64,000 bases of DNA from the NCBI GenBank assembly GCA_965248195.1, contig CBDFIQ010000002.1:1856001-1920000 (forward strand), given 5' to 3'. The position numbers and the translations under genes were made by a program. Positions 1-9,731 of the stretch are shown piece by piece. Below the pieces are notes generated by a model that saw nothing but the letters and a program-made list of their open reading frames with translations, was not told where the DNA came from and did no database searches. The stretch's first letter is position 1. Each line of letters starts with the position of its first letter. The DNA is from Longimicrobiales bacterium. GTDB taxonomy: Bacteria > Gemmatimonadota > Gemmatimonadetes > Longimicrobiales > Gaopeijiaceae.

Positions 1-1464
1 CTCCAAGAGCTCTCCGACTCGACGCTCTGGCACCGCGCCGTGGACGGGCTGATCCAGGAGCTGAATGATCCGTATGCGCAGACGTTCACGCCGGAGGAGT
101 ACGAGGATTTCCAGGAGAACAATACGGGTAACTATGCGGGCATTGGCGTTGCGATCACGAACCTCAATGAAGCCATTACGGTCACGGCGGTATTCCGAGG
201 CACTCCCGCCGACGAGGCCGGCCTCCAGGTCGGTGACCTCATCATTGGGGTGAACGACGAGAGTACCGAGGGATGGACGACCGGAGATGCGTCGAGCGCC
301 ATCCGTGGCGAAGTGGGAACGACGGTGAACCTCGCGATCGCCCGCCAAGGACTCACCGCTCCACTCAGGCCGACGGTGCGCCGGGACAGTGTTCATGTCT
401 CGGCTGCGGAAGAAGCGGGCCTCGTGGGCTCGAACGTCGCCTATATCGCGCTCGACCGTGTTGCTCGGGGTTCGACCGATGAAGTGGGGGCCCACCTTTC
501 CCGCTTCAGCGATGCGCGGGGATTCATCCTCGACCTACGAGGCAATCCGGGGGGGTACCTCGACGAATCGCTTAGCATCTCGGATCTCTTCCTCGACGAA
601 GGGGTCCTCCTCGCCAGCGCTGAGAGCCGTGTGCCGGGCGCGGCGGGCCGGAGTCGGGATGAGTCGTGGACCGCCGAAACTCCGGACCGCATTCCGGGCA
701 AGCCGGTGATCGTCCTGGTCGACCGGTACTCCGCATCGGCCTCCGAAATCATCGCCGGGGCTCTTCAGGACCACGATCGAGCCTTGGTGATCGGCGAGAG
801 AACCTTCGGAAAGGGCGTCTTCCAGAACGTGTTCCGGCTCACCGAAACACGTCACCTTCGGCTCACGACCGGCGAGTGGTATACTCCGCTGGGAAGATCC
901 CTCCATCGGCCCAGGACGGCCCAGGGTAACCCGTTCCCCGAAGAGCCCGACACGTTCCGCGTCGTCAAGACCCGGGGGGGGCGCGAGCTCGTCGCTGCGG
1001 GCGGCGTGTTCCCCGATCTCGAGATCAGCAACGACACCCTCACGGTGCTCGAGCGGGAGTTCCTCTCTCAAACCGCCCGCGCCCGTGTTCCATTGAACCT
1101 CCGCATCGAGGAGTTCGCCTTCGGTCAAGCCGAGCGGTACCGGGCCGAAGGGAACGACCCTTCACTCGATGCTGCGGCCTTCCAGCAATTTCTGACCGGG
1201 CTCGCCGAAGACGGCGCCGATCGCACGTATCTCGACAATGACGAGGTGCGCAGGTACCTGGAATACTTGATCCTTCCGCGGGTCGCGCAACGGATGGACA
1301 GGATGGGACGGGCCATGGAGCTTCGAGCCAACCGTGATCCAGTCCTCTCGGAAGCCATGCGGCTCCTGGGCGAGGTCGAGACCCAAGCCGAATTATTCGC
1401 GGCCGCGGATCGGTTGAATGCGGCCTCGCGGGACGTCCAGGTGGACGCCAGTCCAATTCGATAA
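1..1464 (+). CDS. S41 family C-terminal processing protease (CtpA/Prc-like); 5' end outside the window
   Basis: PDZ region (GIGV...GTPADEAGLQVGD), ILDLRGNPGG, SASASEIIAGALQD and GERTFGKG motifs; the frame is open back to position 1. Confidence 0.93.
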   Translation, partial: LQELSDSTLWHRAVDGLIQELNDPYAQTFTPEEYEDFQENNTGNYAGIGVAITNLNEAITVTAVFRGTPADEAGLQVGDLIIGVNDESTEGWTTGDASSAIRGEVGTTVNLAIARQGLTAPLRPTVRRDSVHVSAAEEAGLVGSNVAYIALDRVARGSTDEVGAHLSRFSDARGFILDLRGNPGGYLDESLSISDLFLDEGVLLASAESRVPGAAGRSRDESWTAETPDRIPGKPVIVLVDRYSASASEIIAGALQDHDRALVIGERTFGKGVFQNVFRLTETRHLRLTTGEWYTPLGRSLHRPRTAQGNPFPEEPDTFRVVKTRGGRELVAAGGVFPDLEISNDTLTVLEREFLSQTARARVPLNLRIEEFAFGQAERYRAEGNDPSLDAAAFQQFLTGLAEDGADRTYLDNDEVRRYLEYLILPRVAQRMDRMGRAMELRANRDPVLSEAMRLLGEVETQAELFAAADRLNAASRDVQVDASPIR

Positions 1465-1473
1465 GGCGGTATC

Positions 1474-1503
1474 CTTAGTGTGGTTTCTGGACACCACACT
1501 AAG
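1474..1503. terminator. Hairpin between convergent S41 protease and xerD; possible bidirectional terminator
   Basis: Perfect 11-bp inverted repeat CTTAGTGTGGT (1474-1484) / ACCACACTAAG (1493-1503) with an 8-nt loop; overlaps the xerD stop codon. Confidence 0.55.
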
Positions 1504-2437
1504 ACCTTGGATGGTATCTCCGATGCATGTCACGAAGGTATTTCCGGTCCAGGTGCGTGTAGATCTGAGTCGTTGAAATGTCGGCATGACCCAGAAGTTC
1601 CTGGACCGCCACCAGATCCGCCCCTCCCTCCAGCAGATGCGTAGCAAACGTGTGCCGGAGCACATGGGGAGACACCTTGCGTTCGATGCCCGCCAAACGC
1701 GCAGCCGCCTTTACGATCTTCCACACCGATGTCCTGGACAGGGGGCGTCCTCGCTGATTCAGAAAGACGCACCCGCCGCCCTTGCCCCTCTCCAAGGCTG
1801 GCCTCACCTCACGTAAGTAACGGGAAAGAGCCACGCACGCCGGGCGCCCGAGTGGAACCATGCGCTCCTTGGAGCCCTTCCCGAAGACCGTGCACAATCC
1901 CTCCTCCAGATCGAGACTGGTAAGACGCAAGCCCAAGAGCTCGGACACGCGCACGCCGGTGGCATAGAGAAATTCCAGGATCGCCCGGTCGCGCCAGTGG
2001 ACGGGTGAATCCAGTCGAGGTGCCTCCAACAGTGCAGACACGTCGGCGGCATCGAGGACGTTTGGAAGCGGCCGGGCGACACGTGGGTTTTGAAGCCCCT
2101 CCGTCGGGTCGCTTTTCAAAGCGCCCTCCTCAAGGAGAAATCCGAAATAGGTACGGAGGGCGGACTGTGCGCGGCGCACGGAGGTTGGGGCAAGCCCAAG
2201 GTCGCCGAGGTGAAAGACATAGTCTCGTACGTCATCCCCCCCCACAGACGAAGGATCGCGCCGTCCTCTCGCAGTCGCGAAGGCGATGAATTTTTCGAGC
2301 TCACGCCCATACGCGCTGACCGTCAGCGGGGACAACCCACGTTCGAAGTTCAGATAGTCGGCGTACTGTTCAGCCTGAAATTCGATCGCCTCAATCACTC
2401 GGTCATTCCGGTTCGTCACCATGCTGCCCTGGCCCAT
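1499..2437 (-). CDS. xerD: Tyrosine recombinase XerD (true start may be 2422 or 2398)
   Basis: RDRAILEFLYATGVRVSEL, GKGSKERMVP, SPHVLRHTFATHLLEGGADL, LLGHADISTTQIYTH, HPR end. Confidence 0.9.
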   Translation of the reverse strand: MGQGSMVTNRNDRVIEAIEFQAEQYADYLNFERGLSPLTVSAYGRELEKFIAFATARGRRDPSSVGGDDVRDYVFHLGDLGLAPTSVRRAQSALRTYFGFLLEEGALKSDPTEGLQNPRVARPLPNVLDAADVSALLEAPRLDSPVHWRDRAILEFLYATGVRVSELLGLRLTSLDLEEGLCTVFGKGSKERMVPLGRPACVALSRYLREVRPALERGKGGGCVFLNQRGRPLSRTSVWKIVKAAARLAGIERKVSPHVLRHTFATHLLEGGADLVAVQELLGHADISTTQIYTHLDRKYLRDMHRRYHPRS

Positions 2438-3074
2438 CCTCCGGGTCGCTATCCTTCAGATGACTCCTCCGAGATCGCACCCACCACCAGGCCAACCACA
2501 CGACAATCACCCCCGCGATGCTGGCCAACGTCCAGTTCACACGGTTTTGCATCCTCAGTAACTGGTCGATATTCCGCCCAGCGAACGCTCCGACCCAGAC
2601 GAGGGCTCCGTACCAAACCCCCGAAGCCAGCAAGAGAGGGAACGCCACCGATATGGGGCGCTGTCGGATGAGGCCCGCAAAAACGGGCGTAACGGCCCGC
2701 AGCCCTGGTAAGAACCGTGTGTAAAAAATGGCTGCCGCCCCCCAGCGCCGGTAAAACCTCCGAACGATCCCTACCTGTTTCGGATCGAGCAGGTAACGCC
2801 CGAGCCGAGTCTGGAAGAAAGATTCGCCGTAAAGGTAGGCTGCCGTGTAGACCGCAAGCGCGGAGAGCACGTTCGATGTCCAGGTCACGAGAAAGACGAT
2901 TCCCTCGCTCGCGCTTCCTCGGGCAGCCCAGAAACCGCCGAGCAGTACGAACGTGTCGGCCGGAATCAGAGGGACGAGGTTTTCGACTGCCGCCCCCACG
3001 CCCAGCACGGCATACATCAGGACGGGGGGTACGTCCCGTAGCCAGACAAGAAGCCCGTCCACCACCTCGCTCAA
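2403..3074 (-). CDS. DedA family membrane protein (probable start TTG 3074 or GTG 3065)
   Basis: ENLVPLIPAD and TRFLPGLR..PVFAG DedA motifs, several hydrophobic segments; the longer ORF-track start overlaps ispF. Confidence 0.85.
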   Translation of the reverse strand: MSEVVDGLLVWLRDVPPVLMYAVLGVGAAVENLVPLIPADTFVLLGGFWAARGSASEGIVFLVTWTSNVLSALAVYTAAYLYGESFFQTRLGRYLLDPKQVGIVRRFYRRWGAAAIFYTRFLPGLRAVTPVFAGLIRQRPISVAFPLLLASGVWYGALVWVGAFAGRNIDQLLRMQNRVNWTLASIAGVIVVWLAWWWVRSRRSHLKDSDPEDGPGQHGDEPE

Positions 3075-3076
3075 TC

Positions 3077-3095
3077 TAGAAGGCTGTTGAAGGAG
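3077..3095. repeat. Solitary copy of the MITE terminal repeat
   Basis: TAGAAGGCTGTTGAAGGAG is identical to 30988-31006 (19 bp); lies in the ispF-dedA spacer. Confidence 0.7.
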
Positions 3096-3109
3096 CGGGG
3101 CGAGCCGCG

Positions 3110-3610
3110 TTAGGAGGTCCGACGTGCGCCATCGTCTCCCGAGTGCTCCAGAAGCGCCACAGCGTGAACTGCCATGCCCTCTCCAGAACCGATCCAGCCC
3201 ATACCCTCGTTCGTCTTCCCCTTGACGGAAATCGCCTCGAGAGCGGTACCCAGCACCTCTGCGAGCCGCGCTACCATCTCTTGCGCGCTGGGGGCGATCT
3301 TGGGTTGCTCGGTGATTACCGTGACGTCGAGATTGCAAACCCGAAGGTCGGATTCACCGATGAGTTCGACCACCCGCGCCAGCAACTCCATGGAATCCGC
3401 ATCCTTCCAATCGGGCTCGGAAGGGGGGAAAAGGCGACCGATGTCACCCAGAGCCGCGGCGCCAAGTAGGGCGTCCGTGACCGCATGGGCGATGGCATCC
3501 CCGTCGGAGTGGCCTAGAAGCCCTGGGTGATTCGGAATCCGGACACCTCCGAGAACGAGGGAACGCGCCTCGTCAAAGCGGTGCGAGTCGTATCCGAAGC
3601 CGATCCTCAT
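3110..3610 (-). CDS. ispF: 2-C-methyl-D-erythritol 2,4-cyclodiphosphate synthase
   Basis: MRIGFGYDSHRF, GHSDGDAIAHAVTDALLGA, DIGRLFP, VKGKTNEGMG. Confidence 0.96.
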   Translation of the reverse strand: MRIGFGYDSHRFDEARSLVLGGVRIPNHPGLLGHSDGDAIAHAVTDALLGAAALGDIGRLFPPSEPDWKDADSMELLARVVELIGESDLRVCNLDVTVITEQPKIAPSAQEMVARLAEVLGTALEAISVKGKTNEGMGWIGSGEGMAVHAVALLEHSGDDGARRTS

Positions 3611-3650
3611 CGAGCCCATCGTATTCGCCACTCCGTTCACTTCGTGGGGC

Positions 3651-4913
3651 CTATTCCCCTCCCCAGGCCCGAATGGCCAAACAAGCGTTGTGCCCGCCAA
3701 ATCCGAAGGAGTTGGAGAGTGCAACTTCAACCGGGCGTTCGACGACACCGTGCCGGGCGTAGTCGAGGTCACAATCCGGATCTGGATCGGTCAAGTTGAT
3801 CGTGGAAGGAATCCGACCCTCCTGGCAGACCAGAGCCGTGACGACAGCCTCGACGCCGCCGGCGGCCCCCAAGAGATGGCCCGTCATCGATTTCGTGGAG
3901 CCCACGATTACCGAAAACGCCGATTCCCCCAGAACCTGCTTGATCGCCGCAGTCTCGGTCCGGTCGTTGGCCTGGGTCGACGTGCCGTGGGCATTGACGT
4001 AATCCACATCCTTCGCACTCACGCCTGCGTCATCCATGGCCATGCGCATAGCGTGTTGAGCGCCCGTTCCCTCCGGTGCGGGCATCGTGATGTGGTGCGA
4101 GTCCGCCGACACGCCGTACCCGGCGACCTCGGCCACGATCGTCGCACCGCGGGCAATGGCCGTCTCCAATGCCTCCAGTATGACGCAACCCGCTCCCTCG
4201 CCGATGACGAATCCGTCTCGGCCGGCATCGAAGGGGCGGGATGCGGCCGCAGGGTCGTCGTTTCTGGTAGACAACGCCCTCATGGACGCGAATCCCGCGA
4301 CGGCCAGAGGAGTAATCGTCGCCTCCCCTCCCCCGGCGATCATGACGTCGGCATCACCGCGCTCTATAAACCGGAACGCATCCCCGATCGCATGGGCGCC
4401 CGACGCGCACGCCGAGACCGTTGCATAGTTCGGCCCTTTCGCCCCGAAACGGATCGAAATCAGGCCTGCCGCGATGTCGGGGATGAACATGGGGATGAAG
4501 AAAGGGCTTACTCGGCCCGGCCCGCGGGCCTTCAGTTGGTCATGCTGGGCTTCCATGGTGGAGATGCCGCCGATTCCGCTGCCGAAGATCACGCCAAAAC
4601 GTTCGGGATCGACTCCCTCGGGCGCGCCCGCGAGTCCGGCGCCTCGCATGGCCTCATCAGCGGCCCCGACGCCAAACTGCGCGAAACGGTCGTACCGGCG
4701 GGCTTCTTTTTTTTCGAGAAAGGTGAGCGGATCGAAGTTCTTCACCTCGCAGGCGATTCGGGTTACGTACTGCTCTGTGGTCTCGAAGAGGGTGATAGGT
4801 CCCGCGCCGGTCTCGCCTGCCAGCAACGCACTCCAGGTCGAAGGCACGTCGTTCCCCACCGGAGTGATCGCCCCGAGGCCTGTGATGACCACCCTACGGC
4901 GGCTATCGCTCAT
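3651..4913 (-). CDS. fabF: 3-oxoacyl-ACP synthase II
   Basis: RRVVITGLG, TVSACASG, NAHGTST, GHLLGAAG, SNSFGFGGHN; follows acpP. Confidence 0.96.
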   Translation of the reverse strand: MSDSRRRVVITGLGAITPVGNDVPSTWSALLAGETGAGPITLFETTEQYVTRIACEVKNFDPLTFLEKKEARRYDRFAQFGVGAADEAMRGAGLAGAPEGVDPERFGVIFGSGIGGISTMEAQHDQLKARGPGRVSPFFIPMFIPDIAAGLISIRFGAKGPNYATVSACASGAHAIGDAFRFIERGDADVMIAGGGEATITPLAVAGFASMRALSTRNDDPAAASRPFDAGRDGFVIGEGAGCVILEALETAIARGATIVAEVAGYGVSADSHHITMPAPEGTGAQHAMRMAMDDAGVSAKDVDYVNAHGTSTQANDRTETAAIKQVLGESAFSVIVGSTKSMTGHLLGAAGGVEAVVTALVCQEGRIPSTINLTDPDPDCDLDYARHGVVERPVEVALSNSFGFGGHNACLAIRAWGGE

Positions 4914-4949
4914 GGCCAGAACGCCTCTACAACAGACCCTTCAGTGGCT

Positions 4950-5192
4950 TCACGACTCCTCGTGCTTCTCGATGTAGGCGACGGCTTCGCCCACAGTGCG
5001 CATCTGCTCCGCATCCTCATCCGGGATATCGATGGTGAACTCTTCCTCGAAGGCCATCACGAGCTCAACGGTATCCAGAGAATCGGCTCCGAGATCATCC
5101 ACGAAGGAAGCCTCGGGAGTGACCTTCTCCGGATCCACTCCCAACTCATTGATAATAATTTCTTTGACCTTCGCGGCGGTGTTGTCAGCCAT
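4950..5192 (-). CDS. acpP: Acyl carrier protein
   Basis: [20 protein letters not shown] phosphopantetheine motif. Confidence 0.97.
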   Translation of the reverse strand: MADNTAAKVKEIIINELGVDPEKVTPEASFVDDLGADSLDTVELVMAFEEEFTIDIPDEDAEQMRTVGEAVAYIEKHEES

Positions 5193-5258
5193 GGTGCCTC
5201 CGTAAAAGTGAGTCCAAACGTGTTGAGTCGACTTGAACCATCTCGGATCAGGATTACC

Positions 5259-5996
5259 CTAAATGGCCATCCCTCCGTCTACCGCGACGACCTGGCCGGT
5301 AATGTAGCGGGCCGCGGGTCCCGCAAGAAAGCGCACCAGCCCACCCACGTCTGCGGGATCGCCAAAACGACGGAGCGGAATCCGAGTTTGTAGCTCTTCC
5401 AGGGCGGCCTCGGGCAGCTCTGCCGTCATGTCTGTCGTGATGAAGCCCGGCGCGATCGCGTTGCAGCGGATCCCCCGCGGCGCGAGCTCCTTCGCGATGC
5501 TCTTCGTAAATCCGATGAGGCCGGCCTTGGAGGCGGCGTAGTTCGCCTGGCCGGCGTTTCCCACGATCCCGACCACCGAGGTGATGTTCAAGACCACACC
5601 GCTTCGCCGTTTCATCATCCCCCTTGCGAGGGCGCGGGTCATGTTGAACGCCCCCTTGAGATTGACGGCGAGGACCTCGTCCCACTCCTCTTCCTTCATG
5701 CGGATGAAGATGTTGTCCCTGGTGATGCCGGCGTTGTTGACCAGAATCTCGATGGGTCCCAACTCCTCTTCCACCTTTCCGACGACCGCCTTGGCGCTTT
5801 CCGCATCGCTGACGTCGCTGCCGTAACCCTTGTGCCCGGCACCCTCGAGCGAGGCCGCCGCAGACTCGGCAGCCTCTCCGTTACGGCCCACGATGGCCAC
5901 TTTGGCGCCGGCGAGCGCGAATTCCAGCGCGATCGCCAGCCCGATGCCGCGGGAGCCTCCCGTGACGAGCGCAACCTGTCCGTCGAGTTCTGTCAT
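5259..5996 (-). CDS. fabG: 3-oxoacyl-ACP reductase
   Basis: TGGSRGIG, VNNAGITRD, GQANYAASKAG; fab cluster context. Confidence 0.95.
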   Translation of the reverse strand: MTELDGQVALVTGGSRGIGLAIALEFALAGAKVAIVGRNGEAAESAAASLEGAGHKGYGSDVSDAESAKAVVGKVEEELGPIEILVNNAGITRDNIFIRMKEEEWDEVLAVNLKGAFNMTRALARGMMKRRSGVVLNITSVVGIVGNAGQANYAASKAGLIGFTKSIAKELAPRGIRCNAIAPGFITTDMTAELPEAALEELQTRIPLRRFGDPADVGGLVRFLAGPAARYITGQVVAVDGGMAI

Positions 5997-6023
5997 AGAT
6001 CACGCCTTCAGAGATTGCCTCCT

Positions 6024-6947
6024 TCAAGGCTCCCATACTTCGAGATCTTCCGGCTCACCAAGAGATGCGCACGGGATGGCTTTCACAATCCTCCGATTCA
6101 GTCCGCGTAAGACCGAACCAGGTCCGATCTCCAGGAATCGGTCCACACCGGACTCGGCCATATTCAGGACGGAGGCCGCCCACCGTATAGGCGTGGTGAG
6201 CTGCCGCACCAATAACGCCCTTGCTGCGTCTCCTGTCGATACCGGCTCTCCGGTAACATTGCTGATAATCGGAAACGCGGGATCGTGGAAGGACTGGCGT
6301 TCGAGCCAGGCTTCAAACTCTATCGCCGCCGGCGCCATCAGCGGTGAATGAAACGCTCCAGAAACACTCAACCGAACCACACGTTTGGCGCCCCCCTCCA
6401 ACGCAAGCTCCATCGCTCGGTCCACCCCCGTGAGGTCTCCGCTGATGACTACCTGGCCCACCGCGTTGAAGTTCGCCGGGACGCACACACCTGCTTCCTC
6501 CTCGGCCCGCTCGCAGACCGAGACGACGGCTGCATCGTCGAGTCCGATCACGGCTGCCATGGTACCGGGCCGCTCGATACCGGCAGTGTACATCAGTTGT
6601 CCACGTAGGCGCACGGTGAGGACGGCGGCGGCGAAATCGAGCGTCCCCGCCGCAACATGAGCGGAAAATTCCCCCAAGGAGTGCCCCGCGGCCAGCCCCA
6701 CCTCGCCGAGACGGCTCTGGATGACCCGGTATACGGCAGTGGAGTGCACGAGCATCGCCGGCTGGGCATTTTTGGTAAGCACCAGATGGTCCTCCGGCCC
6801 CTCCCATGCGAGCTTGGAGATCGAGAACCCCAGAACGTCATCCGCCTCTTCGAACACGCGAGCGGCCTCGGGATAGGCGGACGCCAGAGATCGGCCCATC
6901 CCGACGTACTGGGAGCCTTGTCCGGGGAAGAGAAGTGCGAGGGACAC
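6024..6947 (-). CDS. fabD: Malonyl-CoA:ACP transacylase
   Basis: FPGQGSQ, GHSLGE, VSGAFHS motifs. Confidence 0.96.
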   Translation of the reverse strand: MSLALLFPGQGSQYVGMGRSLASAYPEAARVFEEADDVLGFSISKLAWEGPEDHLVLTKNAQPAMLVHSTAVYRVIQSRLGEVGLAAGHSLGEFSAHVAAGTLDFAAAVLTVRLRGQLMYTAGIERPGTMAAVIGLDDAAVVSVCERAEEEAGVCVPANFNAVGQVVISGDLTGVDRAMELALEGGAKRVVRLSVSGAFHSPLMAPAAIEFEAWLERQSFHDPAFPIISNVTGEPVSTGDAARALLVRQLTTPIRWAASVLNMAESGVDRFLEIGPGSVLRGLNRRIVKAIPCASLGEPEDLEVWEP

Positions 6948-6967
6948 GTCGTTCGGACCGCCCGTTC

Positions 6968-7960
6968 CTACCAGCGGACGGCCATGGCGCCCCAGGTCAG
7001 CCCAGCTCCGAACGCCACGAGTAAAAGGTTCATTCCCGGCTCCAGCCGGCCCTCCTCGATCGCCTCGTCCATCGCCACCGGAATGGTCGCGGAGCTCATA
7101 TTTCCATATCGGTCGACGTTTACGAACACCTTCTCCATGGGAAGCCCCGCGTAACGCGCGGTCGCCTTGATGATTCGGATGTTGGCTTGATGGGGGAACA
7201 CCAAGTCCACGTCCTCCCGCGTCCAGCCTGAGCGTTCCATCGCCTGTCCACAGCTATCCGCCATCGCAGTTACGGCATGCTTGAAGATCTCCCTCCCCGA
7301 CATCCGCAAAAGATGGGTCCGATTCCGGAGTACATCCTCGTCCATCGGGATGGCGGCTCCTCCGGCCGGCCGGTAGAGAAGGTCCGCCAGGTTTCCATCG
7401 GACTGGTGGTGGGTACCCAGGATACCTCGCTCCCCCGCCGACTCCCGCACGACCGCCGCACCCGCACCATCACCGAACAGCACGCAGGTGGCTCGATCCT
7501 CCCAATCTACGATGGAACTCAACTTCTCCGTGGCGACAACAAGGGCGATTTCGCCGCGACCCGTCGAGATGTATCCCTCGGCCACGGTGAGCGCATAGAT
7601 GAAACCCGTGCAGGCACCGAGGACGTCGAAGGCAACGGCTTTCGTAGCCCCGATGAGGGCCTGAACATCGCAAGCGGTGGCGGGAAGCCAGCGGTCAGGC
7701 GTCGCCGTCGCGACGATCAGGACGTCGACGTCCTCGGGTGCCACACCGGCTCGCTCCATGGCGACCCGAGCGGCAGCCGCACCCATATCTGCGGCGGTCA
7801 TCTCGGGGGGCGCGATGCGGCGCTCGCGAATTCCGGTTCGCTCGAAGATCCACGCATCGGTGGTCTCGACGATCGATTCCATATCTCGATTCGTCACGAC
7901 GCGGTCGGGCAGAAATCGGCCCGTCGACACGATCTCGACCAACGGATTTGTCGTCGTCAA
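6968..7960 (-). CDS. fabH: 3-oxoacyl-ACP synthase III (probable TTG start overlapping the plsX stop)
   Basis: RTGIRERR, ACTGF, LFGDGAGA, PHQAN, YGNMSSATIP, FGAGLTWG. Confidence 0.95.
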   Translation of the reverse strand: MTTTNPLVEIVSTGRFLPDRVVTNRDMESIVETTDAWIFERTGIRERRIAPPEMTAADMGAAAARVAMERAGVAPEDVDVLIVATATPDRWLPATACDVQALIGATKAVAFDVLGACTGFIYALTVAEGYISTGRGEIALVVATEKLSSIVDWEDRATCVLFGDGAGAAVVRESAGERGILGTHHQSDGNLADLLYRPAGGAAIPMDEDVLRNRTHLLRMSGREIFKHAVTAMADSCGQAMERSGWTREDVDLVFPHQANIRIIKATARYAGLPMEKVFVNVDRYGNMSSATIPVAMDEAIEEGRLEPGMNLLLVAFGAGLTWGAMAVRW

Positions 7961-8952
7961 GCCGTGCTGCCCGATTCGATGAGGCGAGCCAGTTCCCGCA
8001 CGAAGTGAGAGACCATCGACGCCTCGGCTGCTCGGTCCGCGACATGGATCGCATTTTCGATCGCCTTCGGCGGTGAGGCTCCATGGCAAATGATGGGAAT
8101 TCCGTTCACACCGAGCAGTGGCGCGCCGCCGGTCTCGGTGTAGTCCAACAACCGGAAAACTTCCTCGAGATCCTGGCTGGCGTGAGCGTCGCCCAAGGCA
8201 TTCGTCAACAGGCCCACGATGAAGCTCGCCACAGACTCGTAAAACTTGAGAAGCACGTTCCCGACGAATCCGTCACACACGAGAACGTCGCATCCACCCT
8301 CGACAATTCCGCGGCCTTCAACGTTGCCGACGAAGTTGAGACCGCTTGCCATCAACGCCTCGTATGTCGCCACAGCCAGCTCGTCACCTTTCTTCGGCTC
8401 CTCGCCGATGTTGAGAAGCGCGATACGGGGTTCGGCAATACCCATCAAGTCCTGCGCGTACACCTTTCCCAAGTGGGCGAACTGGACGAGCTGGTGTGGC
8501 TTGCAATCGACATTCGCGCCCGCATCCAAGAGCAACAGCGGACCGCCGGCGGAAGGGACCACCGTACCGATTGCTGGACGATCCACCCCCTCCAAAGGCC
8601 GGAGGATCAATAGCGATGCCGCCATGACGGCACCCGTAGACCCTGCGCTGATGAACGCGTCGGCCTCTCCTTTCTTATGAAGGCCCACGCCCACGGCGAT
8701 AGAGGAGTCAGGCTTTCGCCTCAGCACGGTCGAAGCCGGCTCGCCCGGCAAGACCCGTTCAGAGGCATGAACGATGCTCAGTCGGTCGGTCGGAAACCCG
8801 GTGTGCTTGGCTAGTTCAGCCTGGAGCACATCGGAGTCCCCGACCAGGACAATTTCGAAATTGGTTTCAGGATTTCTCAGAGCCTCGATGGCGCCGGCGA
8901 CCTCGGCCACGGGGGCCGTATCGGTCCCCATGGCGTCAAGAGCAATCCGCAC
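7957..8952 (-). CDS. plsX: Phosphate acyltransferase PlsX
   Basis: MRIALDAMG.D, LLDAGANVD, LNIGEE..KG, CDGFVGN, GGAPLLG. Confidence 0.96.
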   Translation of the reverse strand: MRIALDAMGTDTAPVAEVAGAIEALRNPETNFEIVLVGDSDVLQAELAKHTGFPTDRLSIVHASERVLPGEPASTVLRRKPDSSIAVGVGLHKKGEADAFISAGSTGAVMAASLLILRPLEGVDRPAIGTVVPSAGGPLLLLDAGANVDCKPHQLVQFAHLGKVYAQDLMGIAEPRIALLNIGEEPKKGDELAVATYEALMASGLNFVGNVEGRGIVEGGCDVLVCDGFVGNVLLKFYESVASFIVGLLTNALGDAHASQDLEEVFRLLDYTETGGAPLLGVNGIPIICHGASPPKAIENAIHVADRAAEASMVSHFVRELARLIESGSTA

Positions 8953-8976
8953 GTCGATCGATCCCGTTCCTCGAAG

Positions 8977-9159
8977 TCAGTCCAAGTCCGGGTCCAGCAC
9001 CTGCTCTCCACCGTAGTACCCACAGCTTGGGCACACTCGATGCGGGATCTTGGGATCACCACACCGAGAGCAAGTATTCGTGACCACAGGCTCAGCTTTG
9101 TAATGAGTGCGACGTTTACGCTTGCGTTGCTTCGAAGTTCTCTTCTTTGGTACAGCCAT
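8977..9159 (-). CDS. rpmF: 50S ribosomal protein L32
   Basis: MAVPKKRTSK...CSRCG...PHRVCPSCGYY. Confidence 0.97.
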   Translation of the reverse strand: MAVPKKRTSKQRKRKRRTHYKAEPVVTNTCSRCGDPKIPHRVCPSCGYYGGEQVLDPDLD

Positions 9160-9168
9160 CGGTCTAGC

Positions 9169-9678
9169 TCACCTGTTCTCGAGTGCTCGGAGGGCATCCC
9201 ACCGTGGGTCCACGCCTCCCGGCGAACACTTACATACGGACTCGTTCAGATTCTCACCACATCCGGCGCACAGACCACGACAATCGACCCGGCATTCCGC
9301 GAAGGCGGGGATGGCGAGGATCACCTCGTCACGCAGGTACGGTCCGAGGTCGATCTCTCGGACCCCCATTTCGAGGCGGTACGTTTCACTATCGTCCCCC
9401 TCCAACAGATCCGACGGCGTGAAGAGAAGTGTGATATCGATTTCGACCTGCCGGTCAACACGATCGAGGCATCGACGGCATTCTTGGCCCACTGTACCCA
9501 CCACCCCACCCCGCACAAGCAACTCGCCTGAGCCCGCCCATGTGGCGTTCAGGACAACCTGAAGGGGCTCTTCGTACGCGAACGGAAACCCCTCGAAGAG
9601 GTCGTCCTCCGCCTCAAACCGCCCCTCGACTCGTAGCGTTCGCCGTCGCTCCAGGTCACCGAGATCGACTTTGAGCAT
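9169..9678 (-). CDS. DUF177/YceD family protein
   Basis: CRRCL, CRVDCRGLCAGCG.NLN...C.C, DPRW motifs; directly upstream of rpmF. Confidence 0.92.
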   Translation of the reverse strand: MLKVDLGDLERRRTLRVEGRFEAEDDLFEGFPFAYEEPLQVVLNATWAGSGELLVRGGVVGTVGQECRRCLDRVDRQVEIDITLLFTPSDLLEGDDSETYRLEMGVREIDLGPYLRDEVILAIPAFAECRVDCRGLCAGCGENLNESVCKCSPGGVDPRWDALRALENR

Positions 9679-9731
9679 AGTCGGAAAAGCTATCCCAAGC
9701 CCCAGGGGGAGTCAACGCGGCCCGAAGCCTT

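Noticed and set aside
1465..1503. Possible dif site beside xerD
   Set aside because: The palindrome does not resemble the 28-bp dif consensus (no TTATGTTAAAT XerD arm).
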